The notes beneath the pieces are model-generated. The model was given only the letters and a program-made list of their open reading frames with translations. It did not search any database and had not been told where the DNA came from. The position numbers and the translations under genes are program-made. Shown piece by piece: positions 30,310-39,284 of a stretch of DNA of 64,000 nucleotides; position 1 is the first letter of the stretch, and each line of letters starts with the position of its first letter. The stretch comes from Acidobacteriota bacterium (lineage in GTDB: Bacteria > Acidobacteriota > UBA890 > WLXD01): contig CBDFKD010000002.1 in the NCBI GenBank assembly GCA_965248695.1, positions 3,072,001 to 3,136,000 on the forward strand. The letters run 5' to 3'.

Positions 30310-32270
30310 TGGCCTGTAACAGATGAATCGATAGTGCCGTGGTGGCGAAATGGGGTCGGACGCAAGGCGCTCCGACGAGTCGATGTTGGTGCATCTCCGA
30401 GCAGGAGCAACAGAGCAGGCGGCCCGATTTCGCCACTGTTGCTCTGGTTGGCCTGCGGACAGATAGGCAGTTGCGGGCGAACTCCGCGTTGCGACTCGTC
30501 GACGCGCGCTTCGGCGCGCCCGATGTCGGCAGTGATCTGATCGCGATGTGCCGTCAGCTTCCGGAGCCGCTTTTTGACATCCGGGCTTGGCCGCGCACCG
30601 TCGTCGCGCGTCGCGGTCGACCTGTCCTTGCGCTTCTTCTTGCGCGCCCGCAGGACGACGTTGTCGACATCCAGATGATCGTCGCCGCAATAGTGCACGT
30701 ACTCGTCGTAGCTGCCCTGGTAGTCAAGTATGGCGTCCGACTTGATCTCGACGATGCGCGTCGCCAGCTGGGCAACGAACCAGCGGTCATGCGACACGAA
30801 GATCAGCGTGCCCTCGTAGTTTCGTAGCCCCTCGACCAGTGCCTCGATCGACTCCAGGTCGAGATGGTTGGTGGGCTCGTCGAGCACGAGGACGTTGGGC
30901 TGTTGCACCGCTAGCCGGCAGAACACCAGGCGCGCCGCCTCACCACCGGAGAGCGAGCCGAGACGCTTCTTGGCTTCGTCGCCCGAGAACAACACCAGGC
31001 CGAGCTGGGCGCGGACGGAACCGATGGTTTCGCCCGGGCAAGCGTCGTGAATCGCCGCCTCGGCCGTCTGCTCTTCGGGCTTGAGCTGTTCTCGATGATC
31101 CTGCGCGAAGTAACCGGGGTAGGTCTCGTAGCCCCACTCGATTTCACCAGCGTCGGCGGCAAGCTCACCGACGATGATCTTCAACAAGGTCGACTTGCCG
31201 ATGCCGTTGGGCCCCATGATCGCCAGCCGGTCACCGCGCCGCACGGTGAGGTCAACACCGTTCAGGACCTGGTTGTCGCCGAATGCCTTGGCGACGCCTT
31301 CGGTCTTGAGCGTCTCTCGCCCACTCGGGCGGACCTGCTGAAACCGGAACGTCGGGTAGCGTCGCGAGCTCGGCGGCAGCGTCGACAGGCTCTCCGCCTT
31401 CTTCTCGATCATCCGCACCTTGCTCTGCGCCTGCCGCGCCTTGCTTGCCTTGGCGCGGAAGCGATCGATGAAGGCCTGATGGTGGGCGATCTCCTTCTCG
31501 CGCTTGCCGATCTCCTTCTCCTTGCGATCGCGCTCGGCCTGCTTGGCGTCACGGAAGGCAGTGTAGTTGCCGCTATACAAGGTCACCGTCTGGTAATCGA
31601 CGTCGAGGATGTTGGTGCAAACGTTGTCCAGGAACCGGTGATCGTGAGAGATCACCACCACCGGCCCGGCGAAGTTCTGCAGAAACTTCTCCAACCAGCG
31701 AATCGACAGGATGTCGAGATGGTTGGTGGGCTCATCGAGCAGAAGAATGTCGGGGTCGCCGGCGAGGACCTGGGCCAGCAAGACCCTCAACTTGAAGCCA
31801 CCGGACAGTGTGGAGAGCGCATCGCGATGGCACGCGGTCTGCAGCCCGAGTCCCTCGAGAATCTCGGAGCCACGCGCTTCGGCGGAGTAGCCATCGTGGC
31901 GCACGATGATGTCTTCGAGCTCCGAGTAGCGGTCACCATCGAAGTCAGCCTCGGCATTCGCCAGCAGCGCGTCCTTCTCGACGATCGCCTCCCAGAGCTC
32001 ACGATTGCCCATCATCGCCACGCCGAGGATCTCCTGGTCCTCGTAGAGGAACTGATCCTGCTGCAGCGTGCCGAGCTTGAGGCGCTTGGCAATCGAGACC
32101 GTGCCGGCGGTCTCCTGCTCGTCACCGATGAGAATGTTCAGCAGCGTCGTCTTACCCGAACCGTTGGCACCCACCAACCCATAGCGCTCGCCAGGATTGA
32201 GGCGGAACGTCACGTCGGTGAACAGCGTCTGGGCGCCGAACGACTTGGAGAGACCGGAGACCGAGATCAT
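30306..32270 (-). CDS. ABC-F family ribosome-associated ATPase; C-terminal ~53 aa derived from the repeat element
   Basis: Two NBDs (GANGSGKT/LSGG/LLLDEPTNHLD and GPNGIGKS/LSGGE/LDEPTNHLD), linker with FRAKASKARQAQS, no TM; start MISVSGLSK at 32270. Confidence 0.92.
   Translation of the reverse strand: MISVSGLSKSFGAQTLFTDVTFRLNPGERYGLVGANGSGKTTLLNILIGDEQETAGTVSIAKRLKLGTLQQDQFLYEDQEILGVAMMGNRELWEAIVEKDALLANAEADFDGDRYSELEDIIVRHDGYSAEARGSEILEGLGLQTACHRDALSTLSGGFKLRVLLAQVLAGDPDILLLDEPTNHLDILSIRWLEKFLQNFAGPVVVISHDHRFLDNVCTNILDVDYQTVTLYSGNYTAFRDAKQAERDRKEKEIGKREKEIAHHQAFIDRFRAKASKARQAQSKVRMIEKKAESLSTLPPSSRRYPTFRFQQVRPSGRETLKTEGVAKAFGDNQVLNGVDLTVRRGDRLAIMGPNGIGKSTLLKIIVGELAADAGEIEWGYETYPGYFAQDHREQLKPEEQTAEAAIHDACPGETIGSVRAQLGLVLFSGDEAKKRLGSLSGGEAARLVFCRLAVQQPNVLVLDEPTNHLDLESIEALVEGLRNYEGTLIFVSHDRWFVAQLATRIVEIKSDAILDYQGSYDEYVHYCGDDHLDVDNVVLRARKKKRKDRSTATRDDGARPSPDVKKRLRKLTAHRDQITADIGRAEARVDESQRGVRPQLPICPQANQSNSGEIGPPALLLLLGDAPTSTRRSALRPTPFRHHGTIDSSVTGH
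30307..30469 (+). mobile_element. Truncated copy of the MITE-like structured element (right TIR missing)
   Basis: Ungapped 163-bp match to 53395-53557 (about 130/163 by manual count), starting at CTAG 30306-30309. Confidence 0.85.
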
Positions 32271-32523
32271 CGAACGCTTTGTGCGACAGGCAGGAGGGTG
32301 AGAACCGGCGCGGAGGGGTCTCAGCGGCAAGTCGGCAAGCAAGGCGACCGGAGGAGCCCGAGCCCGCTGGCTCATCGTACCGCCTGTTCGACTACGCAAT
32401 GGGCCACACGGCACCCTCGAGGCCAACCATCGGCCGGCTGGAACCCACCGGGCGCATACGTTTCTTTACACAAACGATCCGTGCAACCGGACGTCTTTGC
32501 GCGCGACAATGGCGTCCAAGCTC

Positions 32524-32535
32524 TAGTGGCCACTA
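32524..32535. repeat. Palindrome TAGTGGCCACTA equal to the two fused termini of the MITE-like element (possible scar)
   Basis: Left terminus TAGTGGCC and right terminus GGCCACTA joined over the shared GGCC; preceded by C (CTAG); intergenic. Confidence 0.5.
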
Positions 32536-32574
32536 CGAGATGGGTCCCCCGCCCCCGAGCAACAGGAAACCCTG

Positions 32575-33282
32575 ATGAGAACGCTGATCTTGATCACCGC
32601 CCTGAGCATGGGCGGCTTTGTGCAAGAAACCGTGCCTCAGTTCTCGACCACCGTCTCGCTGATGGCCGGCACCTGGTTGCTCGACGAGCAGCTGAGCGAT
32701 GACCCTCGCGAGGCCATGCGCGAGGCCATGCGGGAAGGCATGCGGGGTGGGCGGAGCGGTATGCGCCCCGGCGGTGGCGGAAGACCGGGCGGTGGAGGAA
32801 GACCAGGCGGTGGCGGTCGCCCTCCGGGCGGAGGTGGCGGCCGTCCAGGCGGCGGCGCTGGTCCCGGTGGCAGCGGTGCGCCCGGGGGAGCCGGTCGAGG
32901 CCGGCCCGATCCGGGCCAGGCCGGCGGACCGGCGATGGGATGGGCGGCGAGCAACGAGCTGGAGATCACCAGCAAGGATCCCGGGCTGCTGATGGCGAAC
33001 GAATCCGGCTTGCTTCGCTACGTGGTCGCAGACGGTCTCTGGGTGGAACACAAGCTCCCCAACGGTGCGCGCGCGGAGATCAAGTCGGAATGGACCGACG
33101 GCAAGCTCGCGATCACCACCAACGTCGACCGCGGGATCAAGACAACCGAGACCTGGGAGGTGCTACCCAAAGCCCAGCGACTCGTGCTGATCCTCCAGAT
33201 CGAGAGCCCGCGACTCGACGAACCGATCTCGGTCCGCCGCGTCTTCGACAAGGTTCAGGAACCACCGACAGGTGGCAACTGA
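32575..33282 (+). CDS. Secreted hypothetical protein with a Gly/Arg/Pro-rich low-complexity insert
   Basis: Signal peptide, GTW.LD...SDDP, (REAM)x3 and (GGGGRP)n repeats, beta-rich C-terminus ending RRVFD. Confidence 0.7.
   Translation: MRTLILITALSMGGFVQETVPQFSTTVSLMAGTWLLDEQLSDDPREAMREAMREGMRGGRSGMRPGGGGRPGGGGRPGGGGRPPGGGGGRPGGGAGPGGSGAPGGAGRGRPDPGQAGGPAMGWAASNELEITSKDPGLLMANESGLLRYVVADGLWVEHKLPNGARAEIKSEWTDGKLAITTNVDRGIKTTETWEVLPKAQRLVLILQIESPRLDEPISVRRVFDKVQEPPTGGN
32707..32823 (+). repeat. Intragenic tandem repeats: 12-bp x3 (32707-32742) and 18-bp x3 (32770-32823)
   Basis: CGCGAGGCCATG units and GGCGGTGGCGGAAGACC-type units read directly from the sequence. Confidence 0.7.
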
Positions 33283-33353
33283 GCCGCTATCCGCGCCGCG
33301 ACCAGCACCCCGGAGACCCTCCGCGCGGCGGCCCGTAGGCACCCGGCGGTGCG

Positions 33354-34826
33354 TCAGCGCTGCGCCGGGACCGATTCGCGCAACTGTGCCATCAGGGCGC
33401 GGAACGCGGCCGTCTCTCGGATGGGGTCGAAGTACGAATCCTCGTCCAGAACGCCCGGATCGAGGCCCACGACCGCGTCAGCGCGGCCGAGTGCCGTCAC
33501 CACTTCATCGACGTCGCCAGCCTGCGCATGGGCGCGAGCCTGGAACAGCAGCACGCTGACGCTCTCAGGGCGGATGAACTCTGCCACCTCGAGCAGCTCG
33601 AGGGCCGCAGCCGACCTCCCCTGTGAGAGGAGATCACGGGGCTGATAGAAGGCGAACGCCACAAAGACCGTCTCCATGAGCCGCTGTGCGGCCAACGCCT
33701 CGATCGGACGGTCGGCATCGCCGGCGCGGCGCTTGACCTCCGCCAGATCCAGGTCACTGGTCAACTCCGCGGCGTCCGGCAGGCGATCATCAGCTCCGAG
33801 GCGCTCTACGATAGCGCGCAGCGTCGCGACGTAGGTGTAGTGCTGGTCGGAGAGTCGCTCAGCAAGCTCCACCGTTGCCGTGACCTCGGCCAGGCCCTCG
33901 AGCTCTTTGACCCGGTCGGCCACCTTCGCGAGCGCCGACTCGCCGATCACTCCCTCGAAGTCGGCGAGCAAACCGACGTAGCGTATCCACGCCTCGTACG
34001 CCGCGCGACTCTCCCAGGCCTGCGCTTCCAGCACACGGCGGACGTACAGATCGACTGCCAGCGGCCCCTCAGCGAGGCGCAGGCCCGTCTTCATCGCCTG
34101 CAATTCCATCCACTCGAGGGCCCGGGCGCAGACGTCCTCCGGTCCCCACTCGTGGCCTCCGAAGAAGTACTCGAACCGATGCGCGATGCTACCCCCATCC
34201 AGTAGCTGATCGAGCGCGCGCATCTCCTCGTAGTTGAAGTCGGTAGTCCCAGCCGCCCCGTAGTAGCCGTACCGCGCCGCCTCGGGGAGCTCAAAAGCTC
34301 CGGGCAGGCCGCCGCCGAAGCCTATGATTCCAGCGACGGAGGATTGCAGCTGCCCAGCAAATGCCCACGCCGACCTTGCCGTACCCGAGAAGCCGCCGAG
34401 ATAGAACCGGCTGTTGTCGAGCGTGAACCAGCGCGTGCTATCGGTCAGCATCGCCTCAAGCGCGGGTGTGTTGACGTCTTCGGGAGCGTCCGATGACGTG
34501 TTGTACGAGCTCACCAGGACATAGCCGAGGCGCTCCGCCACAGCACGAAACAGATCCAGCGGCACGCGGGCGCGCCCACGCGGATCCATCAGGAACAGCG
34601 CAGGCCAGGCGCGCTCGGCGGTGTAGGCACTCGGCAAGTAGACGGCGAACGCCTGGTCGGCGTTGTACACACTCTGGATGTGCTCGGCAACCGCTCCTGG
34701 CTGGATCGCCTCGGGTGTCGGGATTGATTGCGGCGCCGCCGCTCGCACGTCCGCAGCGAGCGCAACAACGCCGACCAAGCCTAGCCGTACAACAACCGTC
34801 GCGATCCGAGTGCTCATGTTCGCCAT
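33354..34826 (-). CDS. Secreted alpha/beta-hydrolase-like protein with a C-terminal helical/TPR region
   Basis: Signal peptide, YLPSAY..., GGFSGTAR nucleophile elbow, DFN, GGHEW, TPR-like C-terminus. Confidence 0.7.
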   Translation of the reverse strand: MANMSTRIATVVVRLGLVGVVALAADVRAAAPQSIPTPEAIQPGAVAEHIQSVYNADQAFAVYLPSAYTAERAWPALFLMDPRGRARVPLDLFRAVAERLGYVLVSSYNTSSDAPEDVNTPALEAMLTDSTRWFTLDNSRFYLGGFSGTARSAWAFAGQLQSSVAGIIGFGGGLPGAFELPEAARYGYYGAAGTTDFNYEEMRALDQLLDGGSIAHRFEYFFGGHEWGPEDVCARALEWMELQAMKTGLRLAEGPLAVDLYVRRVLEAQAWESRAAYEAWIRYVGLLADFEGVIGESALAKVADRVKELEGLAEVTATVELAERLSDQHYTYVATLRAIVERLGADDRLPDAAELTSDLDLAEVKRRAGDADRPIEALAAQRLMETVFVAFAFYQPRDLLSQGRSAAALELLEVAEFIRPESVSVLLFQARAHAQAGDVDEVVTALGRADAVVGLDPGVLDEDSYFDPIRETAAFRALMAQLRESVPAQR

Positions 34827-34866
34827 CGTTGCACCCGGAATGCGGTCGACTCAAGCGCGAGTGGTG

Positions 34867-34913
34867 TTGACATCGGTCTCTCCATATGTAACTTTTTAGT
34901 TACATATGGAGAG
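34867..34913 (+). promoter_or_regulatory. Sigma70-like promoter with a perfect 16-bp-arm operator palindrome overlapping the ArsR start codon
   Basis: TTGACA 34867-34872, TAACTT 34889-34894; CTCTCCATATGTAACT-TTTT-AGTTACATATGGAGAG 34878-34913. Confidence 0.8.
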
Positions 34914-35241
34914 CGACACGTTGGACCCCATCTTTCAGGCCCTCGCCAACCCGCTGCGACGGCGCATGCTCGACGTCGTCAAGCAGCGGCCGGGATGCAA
35001 CGTCAACGACGTCTGTGCGCAGTTCGACATGAGCCGCATCGCGGTGATGAAGCATCTGAACCGGCTGGAGGACGCCGAACTGGTGCATTCCGAGAAGCAG
35101 GGGCGCGATCGACGCCTCTATTTCAACGTCGTTCCGATCCAGCTGATCTACGACCGCTGGACGCACGAGTACAGCGCCTGGTGGGCGAGTCGTCTGGTAG
35201 ATATCAAGTACGCGATCGAGGAGAAAACCGATGCCAGCTGA
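34906..35241 (+). CDS. ArsR/SmtB-family transcriptional regulator
   Basis: IFQALANPLRRRML...MSRIAVMKHL..LEDAELV...K.GR. Confidence 0.9.
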   Translation: MESDTLDPIFQALANPLRRRMLDVVKQRPGCNVNDVCAQFDMSRIAVMKHLNRLEDAELVHSEKQGRDRRLYFNVVPIQLIYDRWTHEYSAWWASRLVDIKYAIEEKTDAS

Positions 35242-35800
35242 AGTGCCGGAAGCAGCCGATGTTCCCGCGGGCGAGAGCGCCCCGGCAACCGAGAGGTTCG
35301 TTGCCAAGATCTTCATCCGCGGCTCGATCGAGGCGGTCTGGAACGAGATCACCAAGACCGACGAGCTGCAGGGTGCGATGTTCAACATGCAGTTGCATAC
35401 GAACGGCTTGCGTCTGGGCGGCCACATCCACATGCGTACTGCAAACGGCAGATACACCGGTGTCGTGGGCGAGATCCTCGAGTACGATCCGCCCCGCCGC
35501 TACGCGCATACGTTTCGGTTCACGCGCTACGACGACCCGCCGTGCACGATCACATACGACCTCACGGAGGTCGGCGACGGGGTCGAATTCGTGCTCACCG
35601 CGGACGACGTGCCAACCGGCACCAAGACCGCCAAGCAGCTCGAGGGTGGCGGCAAATTCATCGCCAGCTCTCTGAAGAGCATCGTAGAGACCGGCCGCCC
35701 GCCGCTGGGTGTGCGCATCCTGTTCGTGCTCTTCAAGCTCCTCGAGCCCTTCTCGCCCGCCAAGATCCGGGCAACCAACTGGACGTTGCCGAAGAACTGA
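35231..35800 (+). CDS. SRPBCC/AHSA1-like ligand-binding protein
   Basis: IFIRGSIEAVW..IT, GEILEYDPPRR, SLKSIVETG; coupled to ArsR. Confidence 0.85.
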   Translation: MPAEVPEAADVPAGESAPATERFVAKIFIRGSIEAVWNEITKTDELQGAMFNMQLHTNGLRLGGHIHMRTANGRYTGVVGEILEYDPPRRYAHTFRFTRYDDPPCTITYDLTEVGDGVEFVLTADDVPTGTKTAKQLEGGGKFIASSLKSIVETGRPPLGVRILFVLFKLLEPFSPAKIRATNWTLPKN

Positions 35801-35821
35801 TCCACCACCGGAGTGAAAGCA

Positions 35822-36331
35822 ATGAAACGATTCGCGCTACGGGCCGCCCACATGGTCCTGGTCGTCATGTTGCCGATCCTGGCCGTCTACGCCGTGGCTC
35901 CCGAGAGGCCTGACGACCCGCTGGCCCCGTTCGAGCGGCTCATGGGCGGAAAGTGGACCGCGGGCGAGAGCTACCACACGTTCGAGTGGGGTTTCGGTAA
36001 CAAGACCGTCGTCGCCAAGACGTACTTCGTATCGGAGGACGGAGCCGAGATACTCGTCGCCCACGGCATCTGGTTCTGGCACCCGCAAAGGCAAACCATC
36101 ATCGGTTACTCGATCGCCGAGCAGATGCCCTTCGAGCTGATGGAGATGACCTCCCGATTCGAGGGCGACACGCTGGTGAACGAGCTACGGGCGATTGCGG
36201 CCGACGGCTCCGCGAGCGAGCACGTCGAGACCTGGGAGTTCGTTGGCGACGATCGCTACGACTGGACCCTGTATCGGGAACGGATGGCCGACGACGACGT
36301 CTGGATGACCGAGACGTTCACGCGCCGATAG
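35822..36331 (+). CDS. Secreted hypothetical beta-barrel-like protein
   Basis: Signal peptide, L.PF..L.GG.W, GC-rich codon usage, operonic with ArsR-SRPBCC. Confidence 0.6.
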   Translation: MKRFALRAAHMVLVVMLPILAVYAVAPERPDDPLAPFERLMGGKWTAGESYHTFEWGFGNKTVVAKTYFVSEDGAEILVAHGIWFWHPQRQTIIGYSIAEQMPFELMEMTSRFEGDTLVNELRAIAADGSASEHVETWEFVGDDRYDWTLYRERMADDDVWMTETFTRR

Positions 36332-36376
36332 CGGTCGGGAAGATCAACTTGCGGCAGATCTCTGCACGCGCTCGCG

Positions 36377-37030
36377 TCAGATCTGCTCGACGACCAGCCG
36401 CAACGTGATGCCCCGGTACCAGCCGGCGGCACGCGCGTCGGTCAGATCCACATCGAGGCCGATGCCGCCCGACACAGAAGCCGCAACGCCAGGGGCGTCG
36501 AAGGTGACACTGGTGCCCTGCTGAGAATTGACGATCGCAGTCACCCCTGTGACGCTCAGGCTGGAGCCGCCCGCATGGGTGCCGGTGCCGTGCTCCACGG
36601 TGGCGGCAACCTGCATGCGCCCGCTCCCCGAGGTGCCGAGAACGGAGAACACTCCGCCCAACTGACCGCTCGCGGTGGAGCTGGCGGCCCCACTGGCGAC
36701 TGCCGCCGCCAGCGCCGCATCGACGTGCACCGCGAGCCCCACGGTGCCCTGCCCGTCCGCTGAGATCGCCGCGCCGCGGCCGTTGCCGGCGAACTGGCCA
36801 CCTGAGAGCTGCACCTGGAGCTCGGTGAGGTAGCTCAGCACCAGCACATCCGGCAGTCGAACGTTGACCGCCACTTGACCGTTCTGCGCCATTGCCGGCG
36901 ACGGCAGCAGCAGCGCTGCCACCAACACCGTCACTGCGACCACGCTTCGGCTGCTGCGGGCGACGGAGCGTAGTCGGGAATTGTGGGGACGGATCGCGCC
37001 GCGGCGCGACCGAGACGTTGCCTCGCGCAT
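36377..37030 (-). CDS. Secreted hypothetical protein, beta-rich, possibly pilin/Ig-like
   Basis: Signal peptide ending AMA-Q, Ala/Gly/Ser/Thr/Val-rich, C-terminal AGWYRGITLRLVV; GAGGGAG RBS. Confidence 0.6.
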   Translation of the reverse strand: MREATSRSRRGAIRPHNSRLRSVARSSRSVVAVTVLVAALLLPSPAMAQNGQVAVNVRLPDVLVLSYLTELQVQLSGGQFAGNGRGAAISADGQGTVGLAVHVDAALAAAVASGAASSTASGQLGGVFSVLGTSGSGRMQVAATVEHGTGTHAGGSSLSVTGVTAIVNSQQGTSVTFDAPGVAASVSGGIGLDVDLTDARAAGWYRGITLRLVVEQI

Positions 37031-37267
37031 GGAGTGGGTCTCCCTCTTGCGAATGCTTGCCCCTGTTGTACCCGGCCGCGTGCACACCACCAAACTGCTG
37101 GCCGTGTAGATGGCCGTGGCTGTCCGCCGATGACCCGGCGACCTCGGATCACATTTCGCGCCGACGTCAGGCCAGGACATGCCCTCCCGGCCGCGTTCCC
37201 AGCAGCGCAGCAGCGCTTCTCGGCGGCCAACGGGCGCCCAGAGTCGCGATTCCGGTACCCCGGTGGC

Positions 37268-38545
37268 CTACTCCTGCAGACGGTTGTATTGCCGCAGAAT
37301 CTGACGGAGCCGTTGATGCGGAAGCGCGTGCACGGTGACGTTGTCGGCTCCGGTCATGGTCTCGGCCGCCACCATTGCATTAATGACCGCCTCCTCCGTG
37401 GCGGCGACGGTGGCAGCAAAGAACCGTCCGGTCTCCTCGTTCGCCAGCATCTCCAGGCTCGAGGTGCCGGCGCGCGTGTTTGCAGCGACGCGATTGGCGG
37501 TGCTGATGGCCATGAAGATGTCCCCGGACCCGTTGCCGGAGACGCTCCCGTTGCGCGCCAGGCCGAGCGATACACGCCGCGCCACGCGCTTCAGCTGGTG
37601 CGGCAGCAGCGGGGCATCGGTGGCAACCAGTACGATGATCGACCCCAGCTCGTCGGGCGGCGCGTCGGCCTCGCGCGCCGGACCGTGGCGCCCCTCCCGG
37701 GCCAGGCTCCGAGGCCAGCCGCTGGTTTCGGCGACCGGCGCCCCACCCTCAACACCCGGCATCAGGTCGGGAATCTCCCGTCCCACCGGCACGCCCGCCA
37801 CGCGCAGCAACCGTCGGGAGCCGTAGTTGCACTGCACCAACACACCGACGGTGTACTCTCCGTCGGCGGCGCTCACCTGGCGCGACGCCGTGCCGATACC
37901 GCCCTTGAACCCGTGGCAGATCATGCCGGTCCCGCCGCCGACATTCCCTTCGGGGACCTTGCCGCCAGTGGCCGAGGCCAGCGCCGCCAGAGCGTGCTCC
38001 TCGGTTACGTGCTGGCCGAGAATGTCGTTCAGGGTCCCGTCCCAGGTCTCACCCACAACCGGCAACGACGCCAGCCACGGCGGGTAACCATCGCCGTCGT
38101 AGTTGACGCTCTTACGCACCCCCCAGCGGACGACGGCGTGATGCACGATGCCCACGCTGAGGGTGTTGGTGATCATGAAAGGGCCTTCCATGATCCCCGA
38201 ATCCTCCACCCAGGTAGTCCCGGTGAGCTCGCCGTCACCATTGAGCGCGAACCAGCCGGCGAGCACCGGCGCCGGATCGTCTTTGCCACGTGGCCATATC
38301 GCGGTGACCCCGGTGCGTACCGGCCCCTGGCCGACGACCAGGACGCCGTCCCCGGAGATCAACGTGGTGTGTCCCACCTCGACGCCGGCAACATCCGTGA
38401 TCGCGTTGAGTGGCCCCGGAAGTCCTTCGAATGGCACACCCAGGTCACGCGCCCGCGGCTTGTCCTGGGCCGCCAGAGCCGATGCTGCAACCATCGAGAC
38501 AACGGCCAGGAAGTTGACGATAGAACGGGCTCGCGAACGTCGCAT
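37268..38545 (-). CDS. dmpA: P1/S58-family peptidase (DmpA L-aminopeptidase/D-esterase)
   Basis: PRARDLG...G.LNAITDVAGVEVGH, EGNVGGGTGM, FKGGIGTASR, G-SII autoproteolysis site, NGSGD. Confidence 0.88.
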   Translation of the reverse strand: MRRSRARSIVNFLAVVSMVAASALAAQDKPRARDLGVPFEGLPGPLNAITDVAGVEVGHTTLISGDGVLVVGQGPVRTGVTAIWPRGKDDPAPVLAGWFALNGDGELTGTTWVEDSGIMEGPFMITNTLSVGIVHHAVVRWGVRKSVNYDGDGYPPWLASLPVVGETWDGTLNDILGQHVTEEHALAALASATGGKVPEGNVGGGTGMICHGFKGGIGTASRQVSAADGEYTVGVLVQCNYGSRRLLRVAGVPVGREIPDLMPGVEGGAPVAETSGWPRSLAREGRHGPAREADAPPDELGSIIVLVATDAPLLPHQLKRVARRVSLGLARNGSVSGNGSGDIFMAISTANRVAANTRAGTSSLEMLANEETGRFFAATVAATEEAVINAMVAAETMTGADNVTVHALPHQRLRQILRQYNRLQE

Positions 38546-38620
38546 TCGGGGACCTCCTGGGTCGGCTGACGGCACTGGCTGGCGCCACGGTTCCCCATCC
38601 CGGCCGCGAGCTCAACCCCC

Positions 38621-39277
38621 TCAGGATACGGGACGGCCCTTCGATTCTCCGACCGCGGCGCGCCGACTGAACTCGAGCGCGTAGAGCACGTACGCCGGGT
38701 AGATCCCGGTGCCTTGCGAGCCCGATATCGTGTAGGTGTTTCGGTTCGTGGGGCGGGCTACGAAAGCGATCTCCATCCGGCCCGTCGTGCTGCGGAAGCC
38801 TTTGTCCTGGGCATGCTCGCCGAATGTGTAGTACGTCCAGACCTGCCCGCGGCCGGCGCCGGTCGGGCGCACGTGATCGGGCAGGCCGAGCGTCACCGCG
38901 ATGCGGCCACGGTCGGATCTCCAGCCGCGGAACGGTGTGTCGCGGTAGCTGACATTGGCGTAGGCGACGCGCTCGTAGAAGGCATCCTTGAACGGGTTGG
39001 CCCGGTCTCGAGGCTCGTTGTCGCGACGCTCCCAGAAGCGCGCGATGAAGGTGGCTCGCTGGTCCGAGGTAGCGAGATCCTCCCAGGCGTCGTGCTCCTC
39101 GTCGAGAATCAGGTACTCCACCGGCCCGTCCAGCCAGCGGTCCGGGTCAGCCTCGTGGTACGCCAGCGCCAGTGGGCCGGTCTTTGAGAACTCGTCGCGC
39201 AGCGCGCCAGGCGCACGCGCGGGCAGAGCGAGAAGAAACGCCACAGTCACGGCAGTCGCCATACAAGCTCGCATCAT
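38621..39277 (-). CDS. GWxTD-domain protein
   Basis: WL..PV.YLI..EE, FI..FW.RRD, RV.YAN, GWRSDRGRI...LG.PD. Confidence 0.85.
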   Translation of the reverse strand: MMRACMATAVTVAFLLALPARAPGALRDEFSKTGPLALAYHEADPDRWLDGPVEYLILDEEHDAWEDLATSDQRATFIARFWERRDNEPRDRANPFKDAFYERVAYANVSYRDTPFRGWRSDRGRIAVTLGLPDHVRPTGAGRGQVWTYYTFGEHAQDKGFRSTTGRMEIAFVARPTNRNTYTISGSQGTGIYPAYVLYALEFSRRAAVGESKGRPVS

Positions 39278-39284
39278 GATGGCG

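Noticed and set aside
37031-37267. Riboswitch (e.g. c-di-GMP) in the long leader; also considered 32271-32574 and 19467-19693
   Set aside because: No recognisable conserved riboswitch motifs by eye; would need cmscan
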